DNA of 64,000 bases from NCBI GenBank assembly GCA_023133295.1, contig JAGLWT010000116.1, forward strand, positions 13,218 to 77,217, written 5' to 3'. The notes under the pieces are model-generated. The model saw only the letters and a list, made by a program, of their open reading frames with translations. It ran no database searches and had not been told where the DNA came from. The DNA comes from a bacterium (GTDB lineage: Bacteria; AUK180). A program made the position numbers and the translations under genes. Positions 46,947 to 56,510 of the stretch are shown here, in pieces (position 1 is the stretch's first letter; each line of letters opens with the position of its first letter).

Positions 46947-47831
46947 CTACCACCGATACCCAAGGCCGGCTGATACCGTTCCCGGTAAAAGCGATCCGAA
47001 CCCGTATGAGACATCGATCTCCAGCTTGTTCAATCCGATCTGAACACCGAAGAGAATATTTCTTGTGGTATCATTCAATGCATCACTCGCGCCGAATCTC
47101 AATTTTATCCATTTAGTAATATTAAAAGCTAAGCCCGAATTCAAGATCATTGAAGATTCCCTGATAACCGCCTGTGTCAAGAGGGTCAGCGCCATGCCTC
47201 CGTCACCCATTTGCCGTTTATATCGAAAGCCGATACCTCCGGATATAGAAGGGAACGCGCCTTCCTGTTCAAATTCCAGCTTCGTACCCCAATTATTTAC
47301 AAAAAGTCCTATCAGAAGCTTTTTCATCTTAAAGGCAAGGCCGAGGTCAATTAAAAAAGAGTCCGCTGTATATGTATCGATACGGCTGAAAAGGTATTTT
47401 ATATTTACACCGGCATATGTATTCTGGCCGATGGCATCGCCGAAAGAAAGCACAAGTCCAAGGTCGGAAGAATGGAATTGCCCGGTAACCGTGCCTATCT
47501 CATCCCGGGAATCCTGATATCCCCAATTGCCGTAAATGGCAGAGATCCCGACATTGCCGAAATTCTCAAGATACACCGCCGTTGATATTAAAGAGACATC
47601 CATCTCCTCATAATATTTTCTGTAGCTGGTTTTAAAATAATTCCAGCCCGAGATAGGCATCAATGCCGGATTGACCAGTATGGAACCAAAATCATCAATA
47701 TCAACGCCGAGAACGGACCCGCTGCCGCGTGCTCCCGAAGTCGGGTCAATATTAAAAACATTGGAAGAGCCCATTGCGGCAATGCAAACCGAGATCAAGA
47801 GAACCATTATGAATATTACAGATCTCTTCAT
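46947..47831 (-). CDS. Outer-membrane beta-barrel protein, FadL/PorV-like (NPA motif). Putative partner of the adjacent LTD cargo proteins
   Basis: Signal peptide MKRSVIFIMVLLISVCIAA. GSILVNPALMPISG NPA motif. Beta-strand alternation. C-terminal ...GLGYRW. Paralog of the proteins at 13832..14782 and the N-terminal domain at 42390..43868. Confidence 0.5.
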   Translation of the reverse strand: MKRSVIFIMVLLISVCIAAMGSSNVFNIDPTSGARGSGSVLGVDIDDFGSILVNPALMPISGWNYFKTSYRKYYEEMDVSLISTAVYLENFGNVGISAIYGNWGYQDSRDEIGTVTGQFHSSDLGLVLSFGDAIGQNTYAGVNIKYLFSRIDTYTADSFLIDLGLAFKMKKLLIGLFVNNWGTKLEFEQEGAFPSISGGIGFRYKRQMGDGGMALTLLTQAVIRESSMILNSGLAFNITKWIKLRFGASDALNDTTRNILFGVQIGLNKLEIDVSYGFGSLLPGTVSAGLGYRW

Positions 47832-47834
47832 GAT

Positions 47835-50800
47835 CTACCTCACCACCGAGAACTTAACCATCGCGGTGAAGCTATCCGCTTTTACCAGGCCGAAATATAT
47901 CCCCGCGGGGATCTTTCTCCCGTATCTGTCCTTCAAATCCCAACTTATCTGATGGAATCCCGCAGAAAGCACAGCATCGTGTATCTCAATCACCTTTCTC
48001 GCATCCAATGTCAAGATCGTCAGCGTAACATTGGATTCTTCCAGTATGTTTATCTCAAATGTTATCGTGTCGACATCCGGAGTTGCCGGATTCGGATATG
48101 GAGTATATATATTATTCCCGTCAAATGAGGTGTCAATGAAATACTCCAGCAGGTCAACACATGTGAATTCAACTATATGCTTTCCCGCCTCGGAGGCCAG
48201 GGTCAATGTGAATGACGCCGAGCCGTCGGTGCCGGTCCGGGCGGAGGATGGGGCGATAGACGCACCCAAAGGAGTGTCGATAAGAGAGGTGGCGACATCC
48301 GCACCATACAATCCCAATCCGGTATCAGAAGTGATATAGACCAAGATATCCCGATCCTTCCCGGGAGCGGTATGCGGATCTTCCGCGGGGTCAAATGTCA
48401 TTACCGCGGGAGAAAGGACATCAAATTCAGGCGAATTCAGTTCAACAAGGTCTGTACCGTTCTCTAAAATGCTTATCCCGAATTCGTATATTCCTTCCGC
48501 ATCAGGGAAATCATAACCATTGAAATCTATGCTCACCGAGCTTGCCGCGGTTATCCCGGGAATGGTAATGGTGGAGCCGGAAACCGTATAGGCGACCGTA
48601 TTGGAAGCATCGACGGTTACCGTCAGATTTGCCAATGTGGGTTGAGTAAAACTTGAATGAACAACAATATACAGATCATCGTCTCCATCCAGCTTGGGAT
48701 AACCTACCGTATAATCAATACCCAGATCTCCATTGCCGCCTTGGCAAAGCGGGACATTGGGAGTTTTTGAAATGCCATAAGAGCCGGAAACCGCAGAATC
48801 CACATTGCCGAAAGGCGAGGAATTGCCTGATTCATCAAGGGCCTTCACCGAAATATAATATGTTGTGCCGGCAGGCAGCATCGTCAGTGCATGCTCCTCT
48901 GTCTGAGTCGGCAGAAGCGGTGTTATCCCCGAAGTATCGTATTTATCCGCAGCGATAAAGTCAGCGTCATCAGAGATCGGGGCGGTGGAATAAGCGATCT
49001 CATAACTATCACATTGAGATACGCCAAGTCCGTTCTCGCCCACTGCGGTAAAGTTTATTCTGATACCGCCGATCGTAGGATGGGAATATGCGCTAAGGTC
49101 ATTGATCACCGATGGCGATCGATTATCGATGGTATTGAAAGAGAAGAGATAATCTCCACCGGGAGCGCCGTCATTATCTCCGTCAAGGCCGTTGCCTGAT
49201 ATATCCATCGCTCTAGAGTAAACGGTAATATCATATGAGGTGTCTTCTGTAAGCGGAGCCGTAAGGGTCATCGTTAATGTCTCATTGCCGGCATCCCAGG
49301 AAAGCGTATATGCTACAGCCGGCACTATCTCAAGCGATAAATCCACCGATACGGTATTCATTTCCTCTGAGAATGTGATGATAATATCGGTCACTGTATC
49401 TATATTCACTCCCGAATCGATCGGAGATGTGTATAGAACGGTCGGTGAGGCATAATCTCCACAGCTTGTACTGTAATTTGAGTTTTCAGCACAGGGTGTG
49501 GCATTAAGCGGATTATTGTCGGCATCAAGGCCGTTTATTGTAATTCCGTCATTGGAACCCCAGTTACCGGCGACCGAACCGCCGACACATGGATCTATTC
49601 TCTCCATTGTGAAATAATTAGGGGATCCCGTACCTGCGTACCAACCGGCACTACAATCGACCAGATCAACTGTCACATTGGATGAATTCTTTAAAGTTAT
49701 CGTCACACCGGTGTTGCTCAAACTGAGAGATGTATCCACAAGTCCGCCCGCAACATCATTCACGGTATCCTCGGAATTTTCAATAAGGTAATATCCGAAA
49801 GCGGGAATAGTTCCCGAAAGCGTTTCCGTCGAGAACCCGACTCCCTGAACATACCAGCCGGTAAGGTCGATCCCCTCACCTGTCGGATTGTACAGCTCTA
49901 TCCACTCATCGGAAGATGAGTGCAATGTACCGCCGAAGGCGACTTCATTTACAACAACCTTTCCGGTCATTGACTCATATACTTCGATCAAGGGAGATGC
50001 TCCGATCGCCGAAAGCGTCCCTGTGCCTTTTGATCTTACGGTATAGGTATATGTTCCGAGCGTGTCGCACATAGCACCGGGCGAACCCGAAGACATATCT
50101 CCATAAATGAATACTAATGTATTTCCGGTATCGAGCGTAGTAATATCCGCTATTATCTCCCAACCAGTGGTCTCATTTCCCGTAATGGAAGCGATCGATG
50201 CCGCGGCATCGCCGGAAAGGGAAAGATATCCTTCCGATGCAGGAGCTCCGTCCTGCGGCTGTGACCAATTCGCGGGAATATATAGCGCGACCTGCCCGCC
50301 TGCCATATCAAGCGATGCGGTATAGATCACATTTACGCTCTGATGATTATCCTTGAGAATATTAGAGGGATATGCGACCGCCGTACCGGTACCGTCACCG
50401 TATTGCGATGTCTGAAAACTGAATGTATATGTATCTCCGCCCGAATCATCCACTGAAGCGGAGTCAGCCAGCGTATTGCCCGCTACATCCGCAACTATGG
50501 TCTTATCGATCTCAATATAATATGTCGCCCCGAATGACAGTGTATTATGTGTGATCGTAAGTGTTTGTGTAGTATTTGACCATGCATATCCTTCTCCTCC
50601 GGGTGAGGGTGATATAATTATCCCCAAAGTGGAGGTATCCGCCATTTCCTCGTCAAAATCTATTGTGATATCGGCCAAGGGGTTGACCGCCGACGCGCCG
50701 TTAACCGGGGCCGTCGCGGTTATGGTCGGAGCTTGCGTATCCGCAGCTGCACCGCCGCAGGTCGAAACCATACAGGAATTGTCCTGACCTGGAGTACCGT

Positions 50801-51371
50801 GAATGGCATTTGAACCAGAATCCGCTCCATTTATGGTAACTCCATCATTTGTAGCCCAATTGGAACACACATTTCCGGGCGAGCACGGGTCTATCCTTTC
50901 CATCGTATATTCTCCGGTAGTATTTCCTGCACACCATGCCCCGCTATTGTCATCAGCAACATCGATCACATTGCCGGTAGCGTCCTGGCCATCGTATAAG
51001 ATAATACTGTCTCCGCCGGCGTTCATTCCTATCGTAAGGTCCCAGATCTCAATTGTAGCTCCCGAAGTGAATACTCCGGCATCATTTGCGTATATCAGAT
51101 AGCCATTGGCGGGAATGATAGTGGTATTGTTTCCGTCGGCTGCTGAAATATTCAGGACAACCCCGGTATCAGCGCCATAGATCGACCAAGCGGCTATATC
51201 GATCGGTGCATCTGTGGTATTATAGAACTCTATCCATTCATCACTTGCCGAATCCGTGGTTCCGTCATAGGCGATCTCATTGATGACAACATCACCGGGA
51301 GTCGCCGCTTCCGCGATCTGCATAGATATCAAAAGCAAGGCGGCAATAAATATGATCGTTATTTTCTTCAT
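47835..51371 (-). CDS. Large secreted protein (1178 aa) with two lamin-tail-domain (LTD) modules, Ig-like/beta-rich repeats and a T9SS C-terminal sorting domain
   Basis: Signal peptide MKKITIIFIAALLLISMQIAEA. LTD signatures: GDVVINEIAYDGTTDSASDEWIEFYNTTDAPIDIAAWSIYG and GKVVVNEVAFGGTLHSSSDEWIELYNPTGEGIDLTGWYVQG. C-terminus VTLTILTLDARKVIEIH...ISWDL...GIYFGLVKAD...KFSVVR matches a Por_Secre_tail. Confidence 0.65.
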   Translation of the reverse strand: MKKITIIFIAALLLISMQIAEAATPGDVVINEIAYDGTTDSASDEWIEFYNTTDAPIDIAAWSIYGADTGVVLNISAADGNNTTIIPANGYLIYANDAGVFTSGATIEIWDLTIGMNAGGDSIILYDGQDATGNVIDVADDNSGAWCAGNTTGEYTMERIDPCSPGNVCSNWATNDGVTINGADSGSNAIHGTPGQDNSCMVSTCGGAAADTQAPTITATAPVNGASAVNPLADITIDFDEEMADTSTLGIIISPSPGGEGYAWSNTTQTLTITHNTLSFGATYYIEIDKTIVADVAGNTLADSASVDDSGGDTYTFSFQTSQYGDGTGTAVAYPSNILKDNHQSVNVIYTASLDMAGGQVALYIPANWSQPQDGAPASEGYLSLSGDAAASIASITGNETTGWEIIADITTLDTGNTLVFIYGDMSSGSPGAMCDTLGTYTYTVRSKGTGTLSAIGASPLIEVYESMTGKVVVNEVAFGGTLHSSSDEWIELYNPTGEGIDLTGWYVQGVGFSTETLSGTIPAFGYYLIENSEDTVNDVAGGLVDTSLSLSNTGVTITLKNSSNVTVDLVDCSAGWYAGTGSPNYFTMERIDPCVGGSVAGNWGSNDGITINGLDADNNPLNATPCAENSNYSTSCGDYASPTVLYTSPIDSGVNIDTVTDIIITFSEEMNTVSVDLSLEIVPAVAYTLSWDAGNETLTMTLTAPLTEDTSYDITVYSRAMDISGNGLDGDNDGAPGGDYLFSFNTIDNRSPSVINDLSAYSHPTIGGIRINFTAVGENGLGVSQCDSYEIAYSTAPISDDADFIAADKYDTSGITPLLPTQTEEHALTMLPAGTTYYISVKALDESGNSSPFGNVDSAVSGSYGISKTPNVPLCQGGNGDLGIDYTVGYPKLDGDDDLYIVVHSSFTQPTLANLTVTVDASNTVAYTVSGSTITIPGITAASSVSIDFNGYDFPDAEGIYEFGISILENGTDLVELNSPEFDVLSPAVMTFDPAEDPHTAPGKDRDILVYITSDTGLGLYGADVATSLIDTPLGASIAPSSARTGTDGSASFTLTLASEAGKHIVEFTCVDLLEYFIDTSFDGNNIYTPYPNPATPDVDTITFEINILEESNVTLTILTLDARKVIEIHDAVLSAGFHQISWDLKDRYGRKIPAGIYFGLVKADSFTAMVKFSVVR

Positions 51372-51595
51372 ATATTTCCTCTCGAACCCTCATTGAGTTC
51401 ATCTTTTATTTTTTTCATTTTCTCCAGACGGGCCTTCGTCTCGTCCGCGTCAATGGAAATGTCAACATTCAGAACATCTCCTTCCTTAACCCCTTGCGGA
51501 AGATGCGCGATGGGGATGAGCATTTCTCCGCCACGGTCAAGGACCACAACGGCGAGCTCTTCTTCAAATCTGTCTATAACTGCTGTGAGAATCAT
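51368..51595 (-). CDS. Small DUF3006-like protein (75 aa)
   Basis: MILTAVIDRFEEELAVVVLDRGGEMLIPIAHLPQGVKEGDVLNVDI resembles the DUF3006 consensus (IDRFEGdfAVlel.dG..l.vP...LP.gakEGDVL). Its start overlaps the stop of the upstream LTD gene by 4 nt. Confidence 0.4.
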   Translation of the reverse strand: MILTAVIDRFEEELAVVVLDRGGEMLIPIAHLPQGVKEGDVLNVDISIDADETKARLEKMKKIKDELNEGSRGNI

Positions 51596-51849
51596 AGGTC
51601 TCCTCCATATTTATTTATTATTTTGCGTAGTTTGGGATTGCGCGCCTGCGGCGCAGGCTGTGAACTCAAGAGAAACATCGATAATGTTGTCTTTCTCATA
51701 TATTTTCAGTTAAATTCTAACCTTTTTGAGAATGAAATGCAAATAAATATGGTTCTTTATTATCCTTATAGTGTTCTGACAGACTATATAAGGCAATGCA
51801 AGACAAAGAAATACTAAATACCAAAAACGATTTCACTTACAGCGGAAAT

Positions 51850-52260
51850 ATTGGTAGAATGAATTATCACAGGGACAGAGATTGACCTGTCCTCCGTCAT
51901 TATCGTTATTGGGCGTGTCACCTTGGAAACCCCGATTACATCGGGGACCCGATAACCCATCTTTCTTGCTGTTTGTCAGCTTGAGTGTAACGAAAGATCC
52001 ATCTTTATTTCCTTCTCTCCAGCTTTTAACCTTGAACATTTGAACTTTTGAACAATCCTATCCGTTTCACACGAAAACATTCTCCACACATCTTTGATTG
52101 TCATTCCAGCGAAAGCGGGAATCCATCTGATATTTGCTTCTTGTGTTTTCCCCACTATTCGTTGTTCACTATACTTAAGCCTATCAACCATTTCTACACT
52201 ATTCATTATATTCTGTCATCCTGAGCTTCTCCGCGAAGGATCCTTCCCCCCGGAAGTTCG
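51850..52260. repeat. Repeat-rich intergenic island: reverse-complement copies of modules D and B, palindromic 'gtcattccagcgaaagcgggaatcc', 'gtcatcctgagcttctccgcgaaggatcc', and module G
   Basis: About 51866-51896 is the reverse complement of 'atgacggaggacaggtcaa(g/t)c(c/t)ctgtccctg' (compare 3768-3800). About 51971-52003 is the reverse complement of 301-333. The 52097-52124 unit is an inverted repeat (gtcattcc...gggaatcc). About 52150-52210 matches 10283-10312. Confidence 0.6.
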
Positions 52261-52509
52261 CTAATTCAATTCAAATAAAAAATAAAGACAAGTGATCTTA
52301 TCTTAATTTGCAACAAATGCAATTTATCCCGTAGCTGCTTGGAGGTATCGGGACAACCATCCCCGTCAGTAGTCCCCGTCAGTACCCAGTCAAGCCTTCT
52401 TCTCAATTACGATATGGAATATTTTTTCAAGAAAGCTTTTTTCGTTATCCATCAAAACCCCCGACATTTGTATAGAAAATCTGGAGACCGGAGAGCAGCG
52501 CCTGTATTT

Positions 52510-54663
52510 CTATCTGTTGTTGATGATGCCAACAGTTTCCTCAATGGAAAAGGTCCCATCTTTCATTATTCGGAGTCTGCTTTCAGGTCCTGATCTCTCT
52601 TTATTAAAAATACCAATTACAACCTTGTATTTGCCCTTTGGGGCATCTTTTGGAAATATGAAGGCTAGATTTTCTCTGATGAATCCCCTTCCGGAAATGA
52701 TTTGGTTTGAGAGAAAATCCATATGGGGTTCATGGTCAATATTATACCGGTATGCCTTTTCATTATAGTCCATTTCTATATGTACCATGATAGAAAAAGC
52801 TCTATCGATAACCTCTTTGGGTTCCCAGTAGAAGTCAAAGTCGAACATTCCATTGGAATCATTGTAGCTATGTTTAAATCCCCGGAAAAGGACTTTTCCT
52901 TCAAAATCCAGCGTAGTATCTTCAATGCTGTCAGGAAGTTCAGACAGGATCGCATCACCTTCAGTGAAGAGCTTTCCTTTGTTGACTTTGTATAATGTGA
53001 ATGATAACTCAAATTCTTTCAATAAATCCCGTATAATTTCTTTGCTGTTGCGAATCTTCTTATATGACGGAAGGTCAAACCATGTATCAAGATTGTCAGC
53101 TGAATATTTCCCCATGTATGTCAGAAAGTCTGTTTCGTCGTTCTCCCTGTCAAGAAAATCGAGTTTTTCATTAACAAGCCACCAGCCAGTGTTCGCCCGA
53201 TTAAACAGTAAATAGTCGGGATTTGTTTTCATGAGATACCGCTTCAAGTCATCTATATCCATACCATGGACATAAGTCACTTCCTCTCCCTCAGCATAAA
53301 AGATGATCTCAGGAGGAAACGCCATTATTTTGGAATGTTCCGGAATATTTGATCTAATATCCAGGCCGATGTTTTTTGCCATCATCCCCAGCTTGAGATA
53401 ATACTCGAAGTTGTTTGCCTTGGGGGGGATATTGAACAGAGAGAAAAGGAGAAATACAGCCATAGTAATAACCGATATCAGCTTGGAACGTTCAGATAAA
53501 AGAAATATCACATATGCCTGAATCCCTGCTATCAAAGGAAGAAGGTATATCAAATATCGGGTAGCTAGTGACTTCCATGGCACAAAGAATGGGATGGTCA
53601 TCGTAAAAAGCATTACAGGGGTAAGCAGTTTCAGCAAAGGACTCTTCTTGTATATGATAATCAGAAAACCGAAGATCAGAAGCAGTATTTTCAGTATATT
53701 GTTGTTGAAGAGCTTTGGAATTACCCAGCCAAACATCTGACTCAGGTTGTTTATGTATCTAAGTGAGAGGTTTTTTACATCTGAAAGGGTAAGTTCTCTC
53801 CGATTATGCATGAGGTGCATCTTGGATATGTTCTGGTCATCATCGTATTCATAGAGGGTTTCTGTGTAAGTGGAATCCTTGAAGAACCTCCTCAAAGCGT
53901 GGGTTTTGCCGCTCAAGGTCCATCGTCCGGTTTTCTTATGTAAGAAGTTTATATATGGCAAGGAAAAAATAGTAAAGATTAACATATACAATAAAACGAC
54001 CGGTAGGTATCTCTTAAGACTGACTTTGCCCAACCCTTTCGTCAGAAAAATGAATATGGGGATAATAAAGAGTAGAAAAAAACCTTCAACCCTGGTCATA
54101 TAAGCAAGCGAAGACGCTATCCCCGAAAAGAAAATAAGCAGGACGCCTTTTCTGCAGTCAAGGCTCATGACGGTAAACATCAATGAAAGAAAGAATAAAA
54201 ACGCAAAGACAGTGCTTTCCCCGTTCTGAATTGAATATTCGATCAGGATCGGATCAAATGTTAGAAGTACTACGAAAAGGATCGCGGCGGGCCGGTTTAG
54301 GAGTTTTTTCAAAATTGCATAAGCAGGAATAAACACAGCACTACCGAAAATGATCGCGGGGATCTTCGCTGCAAGAATCGGGATATCGGTGATTTTTAAC
54401 ATGACGGCCAGGAGGAAGGGGAAAACAGGAGGTTTAAATACATTGAAGAGAGCTCCATTGCCATCTAGCCAGTTGGTCGCGATTTGATACTTCACAATAT
54501 CGTCAAAATTGGTAAAGAAAGTGAAATAGTCAATGAGAGACAGCCTGATCGCCACATTTACGAATAGTACCGCCAGAAGAAAATACTTATCGGCCTTGAG
54601 GGGTTTATGGCTAAAAATGAACGAGTTTACTGGCTTAAAAATTCCCATAATGATTCTATCCAT
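52510..54663 (-). CDS. Multi-TM GT-C-like (ArnT/PMT-type) putative glycosyltransferase with a C-terminal soluble domain (native-composition paralog)
   Basis: About 12 TM helices. The first-loop motif NVFKPPVFPFLLAV compares with HPPL/KPPL in the other GT-C-like proteins. The C-terminal about 250 aa are beta-rich and soluble. The likely start is the ATG at 54661-54663 (MDRIIMGIFKP) with AGGAG upstream; the track ORF extends to 54756. Confidence 0.4.
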   Translation of the reverse strand: MDRIIMGIFKPVNSFIFSHKPLKADKYFLLAVLFVNVAIRLSLIDYFTFFTNFDDIVKYQIATNWLDGNGALFNVFKPPVFPFLLAVMLKITDIPILAAKIPAIIFGSAVFIPAYAILKKLLNRPAAILFVVLLTFDPILIEYSIQNGESTVFAFLFFLSLMFTVMSLDCRKGVLLIFFSGIASSLAYMTRVEGFFLLFIIPIFIFLTKGLGKVSLKRYLPVVLLYMLIFTIFSLPYINFLHKKTGRWTLSGKTHALRRFFKDSTYTETLYEYDDDQNISKMHLMHNRRELTLSDVKNLSLRYINNLSQMFGWVIPKLFNNNILKILLLIFGFLIIIYKKSPLLKLLTPVMLFTMTIPFFVPWKSLATRYLIYLLPLIAGIQAYVIFLLSERSKLISVITMAVFLLFSLFNIPPKANNFEYYLKLGMMAKNIGLDIRSNIPEHSKIMAFPPEIIFYAEGEEVTYVHGMDIDDLKRYLMKTNPDYLLFNRANTGWWLVNEKLDFLDRENDETDFLTYMGKYSADNLDTWFDLPSYKKIRNSKEIIRDLLKEFELSFTLYKVNKGKLFTEGDAILSELPDSIEDTTLDFEGKVLFRGFKHSYNDSNGMFDFDFYWEPKEVIDRAFSIMVHIEMDYNEKAYRYNIDHEPHMDFLSNQIISGRGFIRENLAFIFPKDAPKGKYKVVIGIFNKERSGPESRLRIMKDGTFSIEETVGIINNR

Positions 54664-54938
54664 GTCTTCATAGCTCCTATAATGAACATTTATCATAAAA
54701 TGAGAAAAATTGCAAAGCATTTCGCAAATACATGTTTTCGATTTGATCGAGGCCAACCCGCAACTTAAGCAACTTGTTGGGCGGGAGAAGTGAGAGGGTG
54801 AGGCCTGGATTCCCGATCGAGCCGGGAATGACGAATGGAAAGAAGATAGGTGCCCGATCCACGATAGTAAGCAGGATTCCTGAAGTCACAGGCTTAGGAA
54901 TGGCGAAATATATTATTTAACCCGAGATATTTCCCTAA

Positions 54939-56510
54939 CTAGACCGATGGAGGAATTCTTTTTCTGAATATCCTGATAAATTTGGAAGGCCCGACAAAGA
55001 GCATATACGGAAGCATATTGATCATAAGCAGTACTATGGATATTAATGTATTAGCAAAAAATACCGGCATTCTCGGCGTAAAGAACGCATTCAGATGAGC
55101 ACCGGAATATTTTAAAAGAAAATACGAGACAGCAAACGCGGGGATCAATTTGATCATCTTGGAAATATTCAATGTCAGTCCGAACATTTTCTTCAGATAG
55201 ATCCATAGGAACACCACATTTACAGCAGCCGATAGCGCAGATGCCAAGGCGAGTCCGGACGCTCCCATATATCGTATGAATATCATATTCAATTCAATAT
55301 TTATCAGCATCGCAACTGATGTGAATATCACAGGATATTTCACCTGCTTGTAGGCATAAAATACCTGGCCAAATAATTTTGCCAGCGAGTAAAATATGAT
55401 CCCCGCAGCATAAAAGGTGAGCAGAGAAGCGGTTATAGCCGAGGAGGCAAGGTCGAACTCCCCTCTTTGAAAAAGTGCCTTGACGGGGTAAATTCCCGCT
55501 GCCATAAGATAACTGGATACGGGCAGTATCACATACATAAGGGAATTAAAGCTCGTCTGCAAGTCTTTTTGGGGGCTTTCCCCCTTGGAGACTTTTCTGG
55601 AAAAGATCGTCAGTGATACTGTCGCTATGCTGATCGCGAATATTCCCATCGGAAGCTGCATAAGACGGGTCGAATAATACATCGCGGAAATGACACCCGA
55701 GGATAACATCACAGCAAAGAGATTATCCGCGATCAGATTTATCTCGATGATGGCTTGGCCGAATATGGCAGGTGTTATTATCTTCACCAAGCGCTTGATC
55801 GCTGGTCTCTCCTCTTTCAGATTAAACTTGAACGGCCGTTTGAGGCGGGAAGAAAAATACCATTGAGAAAGCATTTGAACTCCGCCGGCACCGATCACGC
55901 CCCATGCGGCAATATATATCTGCCGTATCTGATCCTTCTCCTTGAAGAGCATCAGCAGGATCAGAATAAAAGTTATATTATAAAATATCTGTCCCGCAGC
56001 CGGGCGGGCAAAGGAATTGTGCGATTGCTGAACACCCATGAAAAAAGCAGAGATACCGACCAGAATAAGATACCAGAAAGTTATGCGCAGCAATCCCGTT
56101 GCATTGTCCCGGAATATATGATTATCCGGAGCGAATACCGTTATCGCCTTGATGATATACGGTGACAGCAATGTACCCGCAAGAGATACCAGAAAAAGGA
56201 CAAATGAAAAGCGCAGAAAGAGATTGCCGAGAAAGAGGCCTTCGCGCCTCTTGTCATCTTTGCTTACATATCCGGAATATACCGGAATGAACGCGGAGTT
56301 GAAGGCGCCCTCTCCCAAAAGGCTTCTTAGTGTATTGGGTATTCTATATGCCAAAAAATACGCATCAGCAAGTGTTGAAGTGCCAAAGAAAGCTGCCAGA
56401 ATGATATCTCTTAGAAATCCGAATATCCGGGAAATAAAGACCATTATGCTCATCAAAAGCGAGCTACGGTAAAAATTCTTTTCCCGCATCGGGATTCTCC
56501 ATAAAAACAA
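54939..56510 (-). CDS. murJ: Lipid II flippase MurJ (MviN)
   Basis: SRIFGFLRDIILAAFFGTSTLADAYFLAYRIPNTLRSLLGEGAFNSAFIPVYS is the canonical MurJ N-terminal signature. 14-TM topology. The likely start is the second Met (MREKNF...) at about 56489. Confidence 0.85.
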   Translation of the reverse strand: MFLWRIPMREKNFYRSSLLMSIMVFISRIFGFLRDIILAAFFGTSTLADAYFLAYRIPNTLRSLLGEGAFNSAFIPVYSGYVSKDDKRREGLFLGNLFLRFSFVLFLVSLAGTLLSPYIIKAITVFAPDNHIFRDNATGLLRITFWYLILVGISAFFMGVQQSHNSFARPAAGQIFYNITFILILLMLFKEKDQIRQIYIAAWGVIGAGGVQMLSQWYFSSRLKRPFKFNLKEERPAIKRLVKIITPAIFGQAIIEINLIADNLFAVMLSSGVISAMYYSTRLMQLPMGIFAISIATVSLTIFSRKVSKGESPQKDLQTSFNSLMYVILPVSSYLMAAGIYPVKALFQRGEFDLASSAITASLLTFYAAGIIFYSLAKLFGQVFYAYKQVKYPVIFTSVAMLINIELNMIFIRYMGASGLALASALSAAVNVVFLWIYLKKMFGLTLNISKMIKLIPAFAVSYFLLKYSGAHLNAFFTPRMPVFFANTLISIVLLMINMLPYMLFVGPSKFIRIFRKRIPPSV

